This document shows positions 28,081-42,097 of a stretch of 64,000 nt of DNA, one piece after another. Under the pieces are notes generated by a model. That model saw only the letters and a list, made by a program, of their open reading frames with translations. It was not told the DNA's origin and searched no databases. This DNA comes from Argiope bruennichi (Eukaryota), in contig NC_079163.1 of the NCBI RefSeq assembly GCF_947563725.1, positions 54,758,922-54,822,921 on the forward strand. Direction: 5' to 3'. The translations under genes were made by a program, and so were the position numbers. Position 1 is the stretch's first letter. Every line of letters begins with the position of its first letter.

Positions 28081-28255
28081 CTATAATAAATAAGATCATT
28101 ATTATGCCTTAAAGAAATAAAATTAAATGAGTAAACATGGTTTACACAGAACGAATTTTGAAATACTTGATTAAAGAGAAAAGTGTTGTGTTTTGTAAAC
28201 GAAATAACTACTTTCAGTGTCTCTTAATTTCAAATATGGAAATACATCTATTTTA

Positions 28256-28260
<5 letters not shown>

Positions 28261-28313
<53 letters not shown>

Positions 28314-28316
28314 AAA
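28261..28316. repeat. (CA)16 followed by A(24).
   Basis: The run can be read directly. Confidence 0.9.
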
Positions 28317-30606
28317 CCTTACAATAACTTTTGAGTCGCCTGAATCTTTAGTTTTTCTCAGGTCTCAAATTTGAATTACAATAAATTTCATTGTTTAAGA
28401 AGAAACTACCGTATCGGCTAATACTGAGAACCCCATAAAAGTTTGATTAAACTTTTTTACAGATGATTAGCCCGTTTCAAAACAATAGAAGTTGCCAATA
28501 TATTTCTAACTTTTTCTTTCTACGTTTGCTGTCTGTTTCTCTATGATCCATGCCACTTTAAGTGCAAGAGTTCAACAACGATAAATGCTTTGACTTACAA
28601 AAAATTAATTCTTGTTATTTTAAAAATACACTATTCATCAATAATAAAAATTCCATTCATATGAATGATTATTAGATTAAAGCGATTTTAAACCTCTTAA
28701 ACTTTCTTCAAATTTTATATATATATATACTGTAACCGTGTGAGAGCTCCATTGTTTTAAATAATCACAACCTACAGCGCATGCCTTATAATAACAATAT
28801 TTGAAATTTCCTTTTTATTGGTTGAATGGGTATGTCGCTAGAGTTTCATATATCGGGAAAGTTTTCTTTATGACCCTCCCTTACACATATATGTAAAGAA
28901 TGATTTGGAAAAACAGTCGTGGAGTTCTTTAATGACTTATTCTTCTTAATTTTAAGGAAATAGTTCAATTTGAATCTTTTGCAACATTTTTTTTTTTTTT
29001 TGTTGTTTTTTTGTTTAAACTATGGCGAATTCGATGCAGCATATTGACTAGAAAGGCAGAAAGCAGGAAAGACGGTGCATGAGAAAGTATTTGGCAACTT
29101 CTATAGTTCATGAAAGGAATTTGCTAACACAGCTTTTCGTTCTATGAGAAAAAATAATGGTCTGCGCAACTAAAAAGTTAAAGTTACAGTGAAAAACATA
29201 GATAAAGTAAAAATTATTACATATTATAGATATAATTAATTAATTATGATATACCAAGCGTTACTCGGAATGAAAATATTTTCACGTATGTTATCAATAA
29301 AAACATTAACTAGCTAATTCTCTATATGCGGAATTACCATTAACGTTTTAACTTTATTTTGTCTTAAATTTTTGGTACAACACAATCTCTAGAAACATTC
29401 AATTAATTAAATTATTTCAGTTAATCTAATTAATTTAATTTTTGTATTAAACTGTCACTTACTGAATGTTGTTGCAATTATATATTTCTTGTCAGAACTT
29501 TTAGAAAAAACAGTCATAATACAAAAATATAAACTCGATTAAAGCGGCATAATTAAGTAGTACCAATATACAAAGATTTAATTGTCATGAAACAACTAAA
29601 ATCTTCCTTAAGCTTCATATTAGTTGTTAGGAAATTTAAAGAAATACAATTCAGTAGTTTGTACATATATTTCCTTAAAATTACTAATGATTATTCATTT
29701 ATATTTAATAAATAATGAAATTATCAGTTTTACCAAATGATTTTTAAATCTCATAACTTTAGAAATTACAGATTATACCAAACGATGAGAAAAAAAGCAA
29801 TGCTCATTCTTTCCATAAACATATGCAATATTTTTGTGTAAAAATATTTTTAAAAATTAAGATATAAAATCACTTTATGATCTGCAAATTTATTTTTAAA
29901 TAGAGTAAAATCACTAGTTTAAACAACGATTTTTACATCTCTTATCTCCTCACAAGATTGGATTGTAACAAATGATTTTTAAAAAAAATAGGAAAAGATA
30001 ATTTTTTTTCTTAAGTTAGATACAATTTTTAATGAATAATACAAAATTTTAACAAATACTGCGAGTAGCAGAGACAAATAAATAAAATATTTGCAATATT
30101 TTTATTTAATAAGAATTACGACATTGATGATGAAATCGAAGCATAAAAACAGTTTTTGATTACAGAAAAATACCATTTTAAATGATAAAAAAATAACTAT
30201 TTGATTAGTTGTTACCAACCTTTAGTGAAGATTTTTGAATGCTTAATAACATTTGAGAGAAAAATATGAAGAAATCTATAAGTGGCTTTGTAGTTTTATA
30301 GCAACTATAATTCTTATCAGAATTTCACTTTTACAAATTTGAGTTCAAGTCAGCATGGAAGAAAAAAAGAATTCACTTGATATATGTTCTAAAACTCGTA
30401 AATTTAAAAATCATAACTCATAATCTTAAACAAATAATTTAGAAAGGGAAAAATATGATCTAAGAACATTTTAAAAACTCAAACTACCACATCAATGTAG
30501 AAATAATTATCATAATACATCAATGATAAATCAATTATATCATATATAGTTTTCACAAAACTTACAACTTAATACTGAACTGAAAATAAATCTCAGCCCA
30601 ACTTAC

Positions 30607-30663
30607 ACAGTTTTATATTTCCAGCATATCCCAAAGGTGCAACAAAGATTACATTACCATCCA
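30607..30663 (-). CDS. Candidate short NACHT exon (DGNVIFVAPLGYAGNIKL), low confidence.
   Basis: It has a TTTTAG acceptor and a GT|GTAAGT donor. It has a single open frame that is phase-compatible with the 30900 donor choice. Confidence 0.25.
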
Positions 30664-30899
30664 CTAAAATATTGATTTCTTTCATTCTATTTAATTTTAA
30701 TGGAATATTTCTTATAAAAATCATATTTATAGGGAAAGCTTCTGAAGAATTTAAAATTACACTTTGAAGAGAAATTTAACCACTCCATTAAAACAATACA
30801 AGAAGTATTATAAAATGGAGGAAACTAAGAAGCAATGAAAGAACCTAAGAAGAATAAGATTGTATCCTTAATTTATCACAATGAAAATGAAATCATCAC

Positions 30900-31100
30900 T
30901 AGTAAAAATTATTTTGATTACCTGAGGCAAATTTATTGGAAGCCAATCAAGCAGCTGGTCATCAGCTGATAAATGATCTAGTCCATCAATAACTAGAACA
31001 AAATCAGAATTTCCGGTGGAATTAACAGCTTCTTGAAGAATGTCAGGAAAATGATTTCTTACATCACTGAAAGTAATTAAAACAGCTTCCGTCAATTTTA
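30900..31100 (-). CDS. NWD1-like gene, NACHT Walker B exon (…VLITFSDVRNHFPDILQEAVNSTGNSDFVLVIDGLDHLSADDQLLDWLPINLPQ(VIKIIFT)). The exact donor is ambiguous between 30922 and 30900.
   Basis: ORF 30868..31095 carries the hhhhDGLDE-type Walker B and a TS motif shortly after it. The TATAG acceptor at 31101-31105 needs phase-1 entry, which does not match the exit phase of exon 33181-33335. An unseen short exon therefore probably lies between them. Confidence 0.45.
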
Positions 31101-33180
31101 CTATAATTCACTGTAATCAAAATACAATTGTATCAAAAGTTTACAGATACAATTTAAAATTTTGCATCCCAAAAATTTAGAGATTCAATTTTAATAAAGC
31201 ATAAAATCCATTTACAATATTATAAAAAAATTCAAATAAAATAGTCATAAATCCATACAAGTAATGGGTCATGATGATAAATTTGGAAACAGCGTTCTTA
31301 GTTCCGACTCTTCCGAAATTTGTCATGAATACAAAGAATTAAGCACAAATAATTATTGTAATATTTACTTTATTTCAACAAATGGCAAATTTTTTTATTA
31401 TTTTTTTATAAAGTTTCTCAATCTAATGGACCTGCTTTCTTTATCCAACAACTTGCTAAATGAATCTACTTATTCATTATAGCATACAAACGTTTGTGTT
31501 ACCAGCACTTTTTCGCTACAATAAATGTCAGATTCATGTTCTTTCTTTCAAATAACACAATCTAAATTTGGATCCAGCATGTTAAAAGCCTGTCATACTT
31601 AAAAGTTATTGGCTGAAAATAACAAGTTAATTTTGTGAAATATAACAAAATAGAAAGATATATTAACAGCTTTGTCTTCAGAATTCTTTAGAAGGGAAAA
31701 TTAAAGATGGATTTTGAACAGTAGCATTTCAGCAAGGTGTTGTACATAATTTGTATTGTATATATTAAACAAAAACTTTTACGAATACAAAGCACAATTG
31801 TTACTTGAACAAACAGCATGATGGTACAAATGATTCTTAAGAATATTTATGATTAAGAACAATTTTTAAGATAATTTTTATAAGAACAAATTCAGATTTC
31901 ATTCACCTAACGAGCAGGGCTAGTTTATTAAATAAACAAAACAGGCAAATGCCTAGGGGCTACGTAGAGTCCCGAGACCGGGAACAATGTGTTTTAGTAT
32001 TTTCCACTTTCATTTACATTCATTATATTAGTGTGGTAATATACTTGAACATATTCAAGTTATATGTCAAATTTTGTTTAAGCTTAAGAACATTAATATT
32101 AAAAATTTCTTTTTAATGTTCCTAATGTCATATATGGATCCATGTTTTTTCAGATCGTTTGCTGACTCATAAATCAACCACCCTTTAAAACATTGCATTT
32201 AAGCATATAGAATGCATAAAAAAATGTTTATAACTTTTTAAAGTTTTGCTTGAAAAGAAATATTAAAATAATTTTAAAGTAATTTTTTTACACATGACAT
32301 ACTAAAACTCTCTAGAAGTTAGATTATTTAATTGTTTTGTTATCGCCATCTGTCATGAGGTGCATTACTTAAAAACCACTAACATAAAGATTAAATCAAA
32401 AACCATATACGTATATATCGTTGATTTTAAAGTATGAATGGAGAAAGCACCCCCTCCCCCTCCCGAATCTTGTATTGTCTAAGGATTTCTACAGTGCTTA
32501 ATTCAGCCCTGCTAGCTAACTGATATTGATAGAGAAATATAAAACACATATTAAAGAATCACTCAGCTCTTATGGAATGATTTCAATTAATTCTATGATG
32601 AATATCCTGCTAATATTGATAAACAACCCTTTTAGCTTAAACGGTCAAACAACTTTATAACAATATCTTTATAATATTATCAAACATTCAGATATAACAC
32701 CATATCGTGTCAATATCGTATAATATATAATGCTAATAGTGAAGTTTATGAATAAATGATAAGAAACAAAAGCACTCTGCAGATGTTTTAAAAGAAACAC
32801 ATATGCAATAATATATTCAAAGGATATAAATTAGAAATTATGTAACAGAAAGATGTCACTGTGCAATTTCTATGCGATATTAAATAAATAAATAACATTA
32901 GATAGAAATATGCATCACATACTAAATCATTCTTTGGAAAAATCACATGAAAACAGAAAAATATTAGCAAAATTTGATCATTAACACCATTTCTAAGTCA
33001 TGACATAAAACATTATCCCGTATTTTTAATGCGCGATTCAATAAAAGAACACTTAAAATGCAAACAAAAGTTTCATATGTCAATGAAACACCATAACATG
33101 TAATGCACAATTCATAATATCAATTCTAATAATGTAAAATAAATGCGAGTTGCGAATTATAAATCATAAAAAATCATCAC

Positions 33181-33335
33181 CTGGTCAACTTAGGAAATAT
33201 CGAAGAAACCGGGAATGTTCTTGCAATAGAATTAGAAATATACTGAAGCATATATGATAATTCAGTAGATCGTGGTGAAAGACCAACAAAAAACTTTATA
33301 ACAGAGAAATTTTTCAGTCTTCGCAATAAATCGAC
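33181..33335 (-). CDS. NWD1-like gene, NACHT exon after the P-loop (VDLLRRLKNFSVIKFFVGLSPRSTELSYMLQYISNSIARTFPVSSIFPKLT).
   Basis: It has a TTATTATAG acceptor and a CAG|GTGATG donor. It is the only open frame across this segment. Confidence 0.55.
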
Positions 33336-34098
33336 CTATAATAAATGCATTAAAATACTTTATAAAGGAACATCAAATGGACTTAAGAACAAATATATTA
33401 TTTCTTAAAACGGGAGTTTATATAGAAACAATGAAATTTTAAAATTTGTATAGGTTCAGTAATATAATTTCAAATTCGACATTATTTTGTATAATATCAA
33501 AATTGAACTTAATACAATATTATAAAAGAAGACTAGGGAAAAAAATCAGATAAATTTATTAAAAAAATAATAATAGAATGTTATAATTATAAGAAAGAAC
33601 AACAGATGTAGAACTGAAATTTAGTTTCCTAGCTAAATTTTAATAAATTCTACTGGGCAGTTTCTATGTTTAATTACAAGAAAATGAACATTATTTGGTA
33701 TTCTAATAACCAGTGAAACGAGCTATTTCAATAGAGAATTTCAGAAGATTTATTTTAAGAAATTACAAAATCTGGATTATGATTCTTAAAACCCTAAAAT
33801 CTTAAAAGTATTTTTTTTTAATTTCGTTTTATAATGGAGTGTTGCACATTCACAGATTCTTTCAGCCCAATCATCATTCAGTTCCACAAAAAACATAAAT
33901 TTACTTATCTATGAAAAAGATTTTGAACATCAAAGCTTTCTTATAAGTATTCAAAAATATCTTGAACTTATAGGTACCGATTACCAAATTCCAAATTTTT
34001 TTTTTTTTTGAAAATTAAAAGAAATTTAAATTCAAAAGAAAATTCAAAAAGTAAAATCACAAAAATAATAAGATCCATGATTGAATTTAGGTTCTTAC

Positions 34099-34278
34099 AA
34101 CAAAAGTAGTTTTTCCAGATCCAGGACTTCCAGTAATAAGAAAAATACCACAATGCTTTTCAATTTCCTTCATCAAATCCCCCACAGGTGAATTTTTTAC
34201 TTCGACAAAGGAATCGAAAGAATGTAATAACGATTGTTGACACATTTCTTCTTCCATAACATCATCAGCGTATGGATC
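34099..34278 (-). CDS. NWD1-like gene, NACHT Walker A exon (DPYADDVMEEEMCQQSLLHSFDSFVEVKNSPVGDLMKEIEKHCGIFLITGSPGSGKTTFV).
   Basis: It has a TTATTAG acceptor and a GTT|GTAAGA donor, and is 60 codons in phase 0-0. The P-loop GSPGSGKTT is present. Confidence 0.7.
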
Positions 34279-34410
34279 CTAATAAAAAAATGGAAAAAAC
34301 TAAATATGCTTTAGGATGGGAAAAAATCATATCATATATGTAGAAACTTTTTGCTACTTTCCATTACCTAATAAATCAACATTTTCCTTGTTAACAAAAA
34401 AAGAGCATAC

Positions 34411-34528
34411 CTCTTCATGCATTTCCTTTATAGCAGTCCATGTATTATTCAAAACAGTTTTACCAAAATTATCTAATCCTGACAGAACCGGTTTACCATC
34501 CAATACTCCAGCGAAATTACAAGTATAT
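34411..34528 (-). CDS. NWD1-like gene exon preceding the P-loop (YTCNFAGVLDGKPVLSGLDNFGKTVLNNTWTAIKEMHEE).
   Basis: It has a TTTTTAG acceptor and a GAG|GTATGC donor, and the phase is consistent. Confidence 0.55.
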
Positions 34529-35899
34529 CTAAAAATGATAAATAAGAGATGTAATTTGTAATACAAAGCCGGGAACTTAGTTTTAATAAAAACACTTTAA
34601 TAATAATATTGAAAAATAAACTTTATAATAACTCTCTTTTTAAAATTTCAGTTTCTTGAAAGACAATTATCAATATCTTGAAATTGAACGACTATATAGT
34701 GAAGGTCCCCCCCCCCTAACTATGTAAATGAATAGATAAAATAATTTATGGCAAGAGTTTGTAGATAAGTCTAGTGTTATTGACTAGGCAGAAAAAAAAA
34801 TATTTTTGCATATTCCTAAATAGCAGAATAAATCAGTAGAAAATCGGAATAAGAAACTGACCGGGGGAAGGGACTTAAATCATGAAAACGGAAAGGGATG
34901 CACATTGAGTAAGCAAACGAGATTTTACAATTCAAGAATAGTTTCTATTAGAAATTAATAATTTTACAGAGTTATATGAAAATGTTTAGAATTGCTTGTT
35001 ATACTAATAAACTACTACATGTAGCTACTACAAACTACAAGAACAAATCATCAAAAGAATGCAATAACTGAATTACAAATTAACTTCTGGTATAAAGGTA
35101 TTAAATCTGCTACTATTAACTAGCTAACATAATTAATACAACTTTTTAAGAAATGAAAATTTTCTATATGGCATTCATAGAAACTATAGGTCAGTTTTCA
35201 TTTCACTTAACAGAATTTCTTTTAAAAAAATTTCTTATTTTATTTGCATAAATAATTTTTTTTTACGTTCACTCCAAACAGAAACTCAGTTTTTTCCCCT
35301 TTTAATACCTAAGCCAGCAAACTTATGTTTATTGGCTTATTTCCCTCGAGATTTTATTTCGAAATATCTTCAGATTATAAATTCTCGATGTTATGCCAAA
35401 AAAAGTGTGTGTGTGTTATTTAGAAAAGCTCAAAGTTAAGCTCTTAATATTTTAAAATATGTATATCTTAAAAAAAATTACATAAGACAGAAAATACAAG
35501 AATTGTAGAATCTAATAATACGATACACAGAAATTACATTTCAAATAAGTTACATTCTTTAAAATATATAAAATTTTTATATCATAGCGATTACATTTTT
35601 CAGTTTATATCTCTAGGTAATCTGTAACCCTTGAAATATGCCGCCGAATTCCACATTTGGGATAAAACCGCAAAATGAAATCATTTTTATCAGAGAAGAG
35701 TTGTTTTCCTGAAAAGTTTTCATTTTATTTATTTGAGAATATGTACTTCCGTTATTTCCATTAAAGAAACAGAATAAAATTACAACGTTTCACTAGTCTT
35801 TGTGTTTGTTGGTAAATTCTTTTGCAGTAAATCACAGAAACATTATTTAGTTCTTCTCAATATGTATATCATATGACCAAAAAAGTTCTGCCGTTTTTT

Positions 35900-37030
35900 T
35901 TTTGTTGTTGTTGAAAGAAAACATAAAAATGTATAGGAAATAACATAATTTATTCATCAAAATAACCACCTTCACATTCAATAACCTTTACCCAACGGAA
36001 AACAAGCTTATAAATTCCATTTTTATAAAAGTCACGATCTTTAGAGTTGAAAAAGTTATGTAACTCCATTGCCATACCCTCTCTATTTCTGAACAGCCGA
36101 TTTCGCAGATGATTACCTAGGTTTAAAAATAGGTGACAGTCAGAAGGACTACAGGAGGGGGAATAAGAAGGGTGCAAAAGAGGTTCCCATCCAAAGGTCT
36201 GAATTGTGTCAGAGGTCACATGTGCGACATGAGGCATAGCAATATCGTGTAGGAAAAGAATGCCTCGACGGTTCATTAAAGCTGGCTGTTTTTTTCAAGT
36301 GATTGGTGAACTCGACAAAGTTGGTCATTATAGACATTAGCAGTAATAGACTGGCCAGATGGTAAAAGTTCATAGCGATTAATTTTATTTGTAGTCCACC
36401 ATAAGCACAATAAAACCTTCTGTTGATGGATGTTGGATTTGCTTGTCAGTGGTAAAGCATCAGTGGATGACAACCAATGATGCTGTCTGTTGGGAATGCT
36501 GTAAAAGAGCCATTTCTTATCACAGGTTAATAAACGGCCAAGAAAGGGTTCCGTTTGATGGCGATGAAGCAATCCCAAACAAATGTCAGGTTCCTCTAGC
36601 TTATTCGCATTGTCAATTGTTCGGTATCCATTTGTTGAGCTTGTAAACTTTCCCAAGACTGCAAATGTAAACGGACAATTTCATCGCTTACGGAAAATCT
36701 TCGTGCTAACATCTGACAAATTTGAGAGGAATCTTCTTCGACTGCAGCCTGTAATTCATCATCGTTAATGACATACATCCGTCCTTCTCGTGGCGCATTT
36801 TTAAGCGACTCATCGGCGGAAGAAAATTTTCTAGGCCATCTTTGGGTAGTGTGAGTGCTAACAGAACCTTTTTAGAAAACCTGGAATACTTTTTGATCCG
36901 TTTGCACAGCATTTGTTTCAAGTTCAAACTTATACATCATACAAGCACGAATTATAGAGTTTGGAGTACTCATCTTCATGTTACTTTTTATAATGTTAAG
37001 AGATAACATTTCCGCTCCTCTTTATATAAG
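35900..37030 (-). mobile_element. Degraded mariner-like element with its transposase split across frames. It lies in an intron of the NWD1-like gene.
   Basis: ORFs 35950..36276 (LFLHDIAMPHVAH…LLHPSYSPSCSPSDCHLFLNLGNHL…FYKNGIYKLVFRWVKVIECEGGYFDE), 36276..36656 (…DKKWLFYSIP…LLCLWW…YELLPSGQSITANVYNDQL) and an N-terminal HTH (MKMSTPNSIIRACMMYKFELETNAVQ) match the Mos1-type transposase order. The TIRs were not resolved. Confidence 0.65.
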
Positions 37031-38955
37031 ACGAGTCTTAAACCTTGATTAACATATCGCTGTAATTTTAGTGCCATTTATTGTGTATTGCGTGTAACAT
37101 TCTTTAAACTTTGTAGTTTCACAAAAACGATAGAACTGTTTTGATCACTTGATAATTAGATACAATCTCCGTATAAAGTCGCTGGAAATATTGAGTTCTT
37201 CCATATCATGTAAATTACAAAATAGTGTTTTCAAATGTTGCTTAGAAGACTAAATTGACTATTCAAGAGAATTGAAGCATTTAAAAAAGGCTGGGGTAAC
37301 ATATCAAAATTATAACGATGTTTTATTTAATTTTTTAAGCCCCCAAGGAATATTTGGAAAATTTAATAGAAAAAAAATGAAACGGACATAATTATTTATT
37401 TCATTTTATGTCTATAAACGTGTAAAGGAGCGATAGTACTTTTCCTCTTTTATCATGTTTGTTTCACAATTTCACAATATATAAATACCTCTATATTTAT
37501 ATATCAAGGTTAAATGTAGTAGCTCTTCCAGCTATGAAATCAGAAAAATGCAACTGTACTGCATGGGGCTCAAACGGTTAATTAATACACAATGCTTTGC
37601 TTAATATAATTGTCTTCTTAATAAAATATGAATATTTAAATAAAATATTAATTAATTAATATCTGACTTTCAAATGAATGCTTTTTTTTAGAAAAACAAG
37701 TAAAAATTCAAGACAAAAAATGCTGCTTTTTTTTTTAAAGAAATTCATTCAAAAATACTATTTGGTTTTCAATTGTATGAACTGTAATAACTCAATATTG
37801 ACTTTTTATTCACTTGCTTCGCTAAAATAAGAAGGAACACATGCTAAGTATATTCTGATCGATCAAATTTAATTTATATTATTTCCAATGAACAAAATCA
37901 CTTAAATTGAGTGCAAAAACTATTTATATTAATAGCGTATTTAGAGATACATCCCATTATGATCATATCTGATAGCATATATAATAAATTTATTTAATTT
38001 AATTATAGGCAGCAATACTTTTTAAAGAAAGAAATGCTGCCAACTTCCCCTTTGTCTCTTTTGAGTGTATTATGCAAATGTTTTGAATCCTTCTCGCAGA
38101 GCTGATGTTGTTATAATTATTAATTAAAAAGTAAAAATGCATTCTTTTTTCACTTTATGAAATTTTAACAAAACACATCATTCATATATATCAACATCAA
38201 ATGTGCAGTCAGATATATAACCTCCAAAGCGTAAAGAGATACTTTTTTTTTCTAATAATAACAACTGCACTCATTACTACTGCTTTGCAACTCAATAAAC
38301 TGTCACAAGTGACATTATGGTGTATTCACTGGTAGAATTATAATTATTACAGGATAATTTATAACTTTGATAACTATCACTATGGGTAATTCCATTAAAT
38401 ATACATTACTGAACATATAAATAAAACATTAAAAAAATTTAATTTACAAGAATCCGTATGATTATAAAACAAGTCTTCCTCGTAGATAAATCAATATTAT
38501 GATAGCTTAACTAAAAGAAGATACAAAAAACAAGATAATAACTATGGTTATGAGTAATTTTCCTTCAATAATAAATAAAGAAACCAATGTTCTGAAAGCG
38601 GATTGTACTATGTTATAGTCTGGGTATTTTCTATAGGCGGTTCAAGGTCAAATGTTCTACCACGTTACTGGTACCAGACAACCAATAACGAGGTAGAAAA
38701 TGTGAACCTGAACCGCCTATTGAAAATACACAGACTATAATGTGTGCAAAATATATGTGTCTAAATTGTGTATGACACATTTAATTCTTAAATCTAATAC
38801 TACAATTTAATTAAAGAACATTTGTAAAACAGTTTTCCAGTTTATGTTTCCGAAATTATTATTATGCATATTAATTATTAAATGAAAAAAAAATGAAGTA
38901 CACTCAATTTGGGCTCTCTATTTAAATTGAAATATATTTGCAATTGTCTACTTAC

Positions 38956-39048
38956 CCGTCATATACTTTCAGCCCGCTTGAACGTATCTTTGACTTTAGA
39001 GCCTCCACTTTTAGATTTGATTCAGGATTTTCAGATTCAAAGTGACTT
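38956..39048 (-). CDS. NWD1-like gene exon (KSHFESENPESNLKVEALKSKIRSSGLKVYD). An alternative acceptor 23 nt upstream is possible.
   Basis: It has a TACAG acceptor and a GG|GTAAGT donor. Its 2-nt exit phase matches the entry phase of exon 34411-34528. Confidence 0.45.
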
Positions 39049-40727
39049 CTGTATTTTTCAGGCATGAAACTAATGAAAAATCACAGTTCTAATCATAAAA
39101 ATGCATACAATATGTAAAATCGTTATACTAGCTAGTTAGAATTTTAAAAAAATAAGAATTGCAGAGATAAAGAAAGTGAACCTCTATCAGCATGAAGAAT
39201 GTTATACAGTTCATACAAACAAATATATTCATTATTTATTTTAGTACAATTAATAATAACAGTTTTAGCTATTATATTTAGTAAATATTACAGAATAATG
39301 AAATTAATATTGAATATATACTGTTTATTTTTTAATTGATACAATATGACAAAGATTTTCAAGGATGATAAATTATTTCACAAAGAAAAAAAAATACTTT
39401 TATAACAAATAAAACGTAACAAAATGTCTGCATGGTAGACAATGTAGAAAGATATGGCCACATCTGCTACCAGGAAAAATAACAAGTTATCCGACGAAAT
39501 ACGAGATAAGAGTCCATTCATATGACAAAGCAATACCATTTTTGTCTGAAAAGTGTGTTCAATTGTGAATAGTCAAAACAGCATTGTAATGCAGATGAAT
39601 GCAGACTTTTCAATTTGAGGACATTTGAAAAATCAAGAAACGAAATATGCATTCATGCACCAAAACAATAAAGGAAATAGACTTTCATGCAACGTACACT
39701 TTCAAGTCCTTTCAAATCAAACATATTAGGATCAAATTTCTTTAACTCATGTAAACATCACGAACAAATATCTTTTAGGAATCAGGTAATCATACGGAAT
39801 CCACAAAATACTGCAAGCTTTACCAAAAATTAGAATAAAATCTCATTTTCAAACTACTGAACATTCATTGTCGTTATATACGCATATACCAGCACAATTT
39901 TTATCCATTCATCGCAAAACTGCAACTATTATGCTACCGTTGTTTTATAATTACAGTTAATAATTCTGTTTCTGCCGACATTTTAAAATTCGACGGCTTC
40001 GCTATTGGAACCAAGGGACGGCCAGAAGGGATTCCGAACGGTCCGAATGCAAAAAATACCATGACCGATTTTGAAAGAAATGGTATGAATGTGTTTCATT
40101 TTAATAATGAAATGGAATAAATTACTATTTGAATGAGATTTGAGATCCAATAGTGTCAAGAACGATTTACCCTCGATAGGTATCATTTTACTTTGTTATA
40201 AAACAAATGTAAGAAAATGAATAAAAAATTACATATTCTAATAAAACTCTGAATAATGTCTGCTTCCAAGTCCCGTAAATTAATGTTTCACCAAGCTCCA
40301 GTTTTGTCCAGACCCAAAGCATTACCCAGGCATTACCCTATTAAACAAGTACCCTAGTAAGCAAAAAAGATTTACCTCATCAAATATTTCATCTATCGGA
40401 TTCGAATTGGCGCAAAGCTAAATTATGATATTATCAATTAATTTGCTATAAAACATGAGACAAAAACTACTTATTGTAATCTTTTAATAATCTGCAAAGC
40501 AAATCACATTTTACAAGTTTATGAGGTACTTTTGTTATTTGATATAATAACTATTATTTGTGTGGGTGAAATGCTAATTTTACAAAAATAATTTTATCAT
40601 TTATCATTTTTTCTGTATCCCTATATCCTTGTGAAACCAATTTGTGTATCGTATTGAACAGCAAAACGCAATGAATACCATCTTATTAAATAAAATTAGT
40701 TTTATAAATATTAAGAATATTACGTAC

Positions 40728-40967
40728 TTCAAAAAGCTGTTATTTCGAATGTAAAAGAATGCCTTCTTTTTCAATAATTTGTCTTCTCTCAGGGCTCCAG
40801 CATGCATTTCAAGTTCAGTTATTGATAAACCACGAGGGTAATCCTTAACCCATTGAAGTTCTGGGGAATCTGGAGGGTCATAATTAAATATAGTACCGTA
40901 TCTGTCACCCAAGATACCGATGAATAAATCAGATTTCTGAGCTTCCAGAAGGCACAATTCAGCAGCA
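40728..40967 (-). CDS. NWD1-like gene, DUF4062-like domain part 2 (AAELCLLEAQKSDLFIGILGDRYGT...PPDSPELQWV...SITELEMHAGALRED...FFYIRN).
   Basis: It has a TTTTATAG acceptor and a GAA|GTACGT donor. The phase joins the previous exon exactly (CG+T = Arg). Confidence 0.65.
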
Positions 40968-41447
40968 CTATAAAAGAAAGTTAAAAATGTAAGCAATATA
41001 CAGTGCAATATAAACAAAATATATAAGATAACAGAAATTAATGAGATTGCTATTTTTGGTTTCAAATATAATATCATGCAAGATTTAAAAAAATAGTTTA
41101 CATAGTGCAATAAAATAATATATCATTAGTTTTACAAAAAAAAGAACAAAAGAAACATTCAAGAACTTCCAAAGAATCCCATATTTTCATTACATTGGTA
41201 AAGTATTATGGTTATTTACTAATTCAGAATTCATTTACAACGTTGCTGAATTCCATAGCAAACTCTACAGACCAGTTTGTCAGCAAATTTCAATGGTAGA
41301 CAAATTGTTCGGACTCCTTGGGAGCAGATATTGCTGATCCGAAACTTGCTTCATAAACCTTACTCTTTATATATTCCTTAGGGTGAGACGAAAGAGCATC
41401 GCCTCCTCCTAAATTCTTTTCGGATGAGGAAAAATTTCCACTTGGTG

Positions 41448-41451
<4 letters not shown>

Positions 41452-41488
<37 letters not shown>
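41452..41488. repeat. (TA)~18 microsatellite.
   Basis: The run can be read directly. Confidence 0.9.
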
Positions 41489-41490
<2 letters not shown>

Positions 41491-42097
41491 TCTCTTAACG
41501 ATTGTATGCTCCAAACATACACAGCGTCAAAACGAAGTAAATATCCAGAAAAAGGCGGATAAATTATAATCGGTATTGCATTATTGTTTTCCACTCGATG
41601 ATGGGAGATGGTACGAAAAAATGTTTAACAGATTATTCAACGAATTGCCTACATATGTTTTGTCATGTTTCGCTCTTATTTTCATAATTTAACAGATAAT
41701 GCTAAGCGCTTTTGAATGTAAATGCACTTCGTCACATCCTATTAGTTTTTCATAGTAAATTTTTAGAAAATTCAATCTTGAACATTTTTTCAGACAAATG
41801 GAAAATATATTACATAATAGGCTTATGAGAATTAATGAATGATGTAATCGCAATTTTAAAAACTTACAGGTTTATGCTTTTTACATATTAACACTTTAAT
41901 ATGCAAAATGAATACTTTAGAACAATTAATTTTCAAATTAATACTTTAGAATAATTATTTGAGAAGTGACAACAATATTAAACCATTTTTATTTTTGGCA
42001 TAGAATATTAAAAGTGGAAAAACAGCTTTGCATTGATTAAAGAGAAATAAATTTCTTATTTTTATTAGTTTTTAAATAAATAAAAAAAAGAACACAC

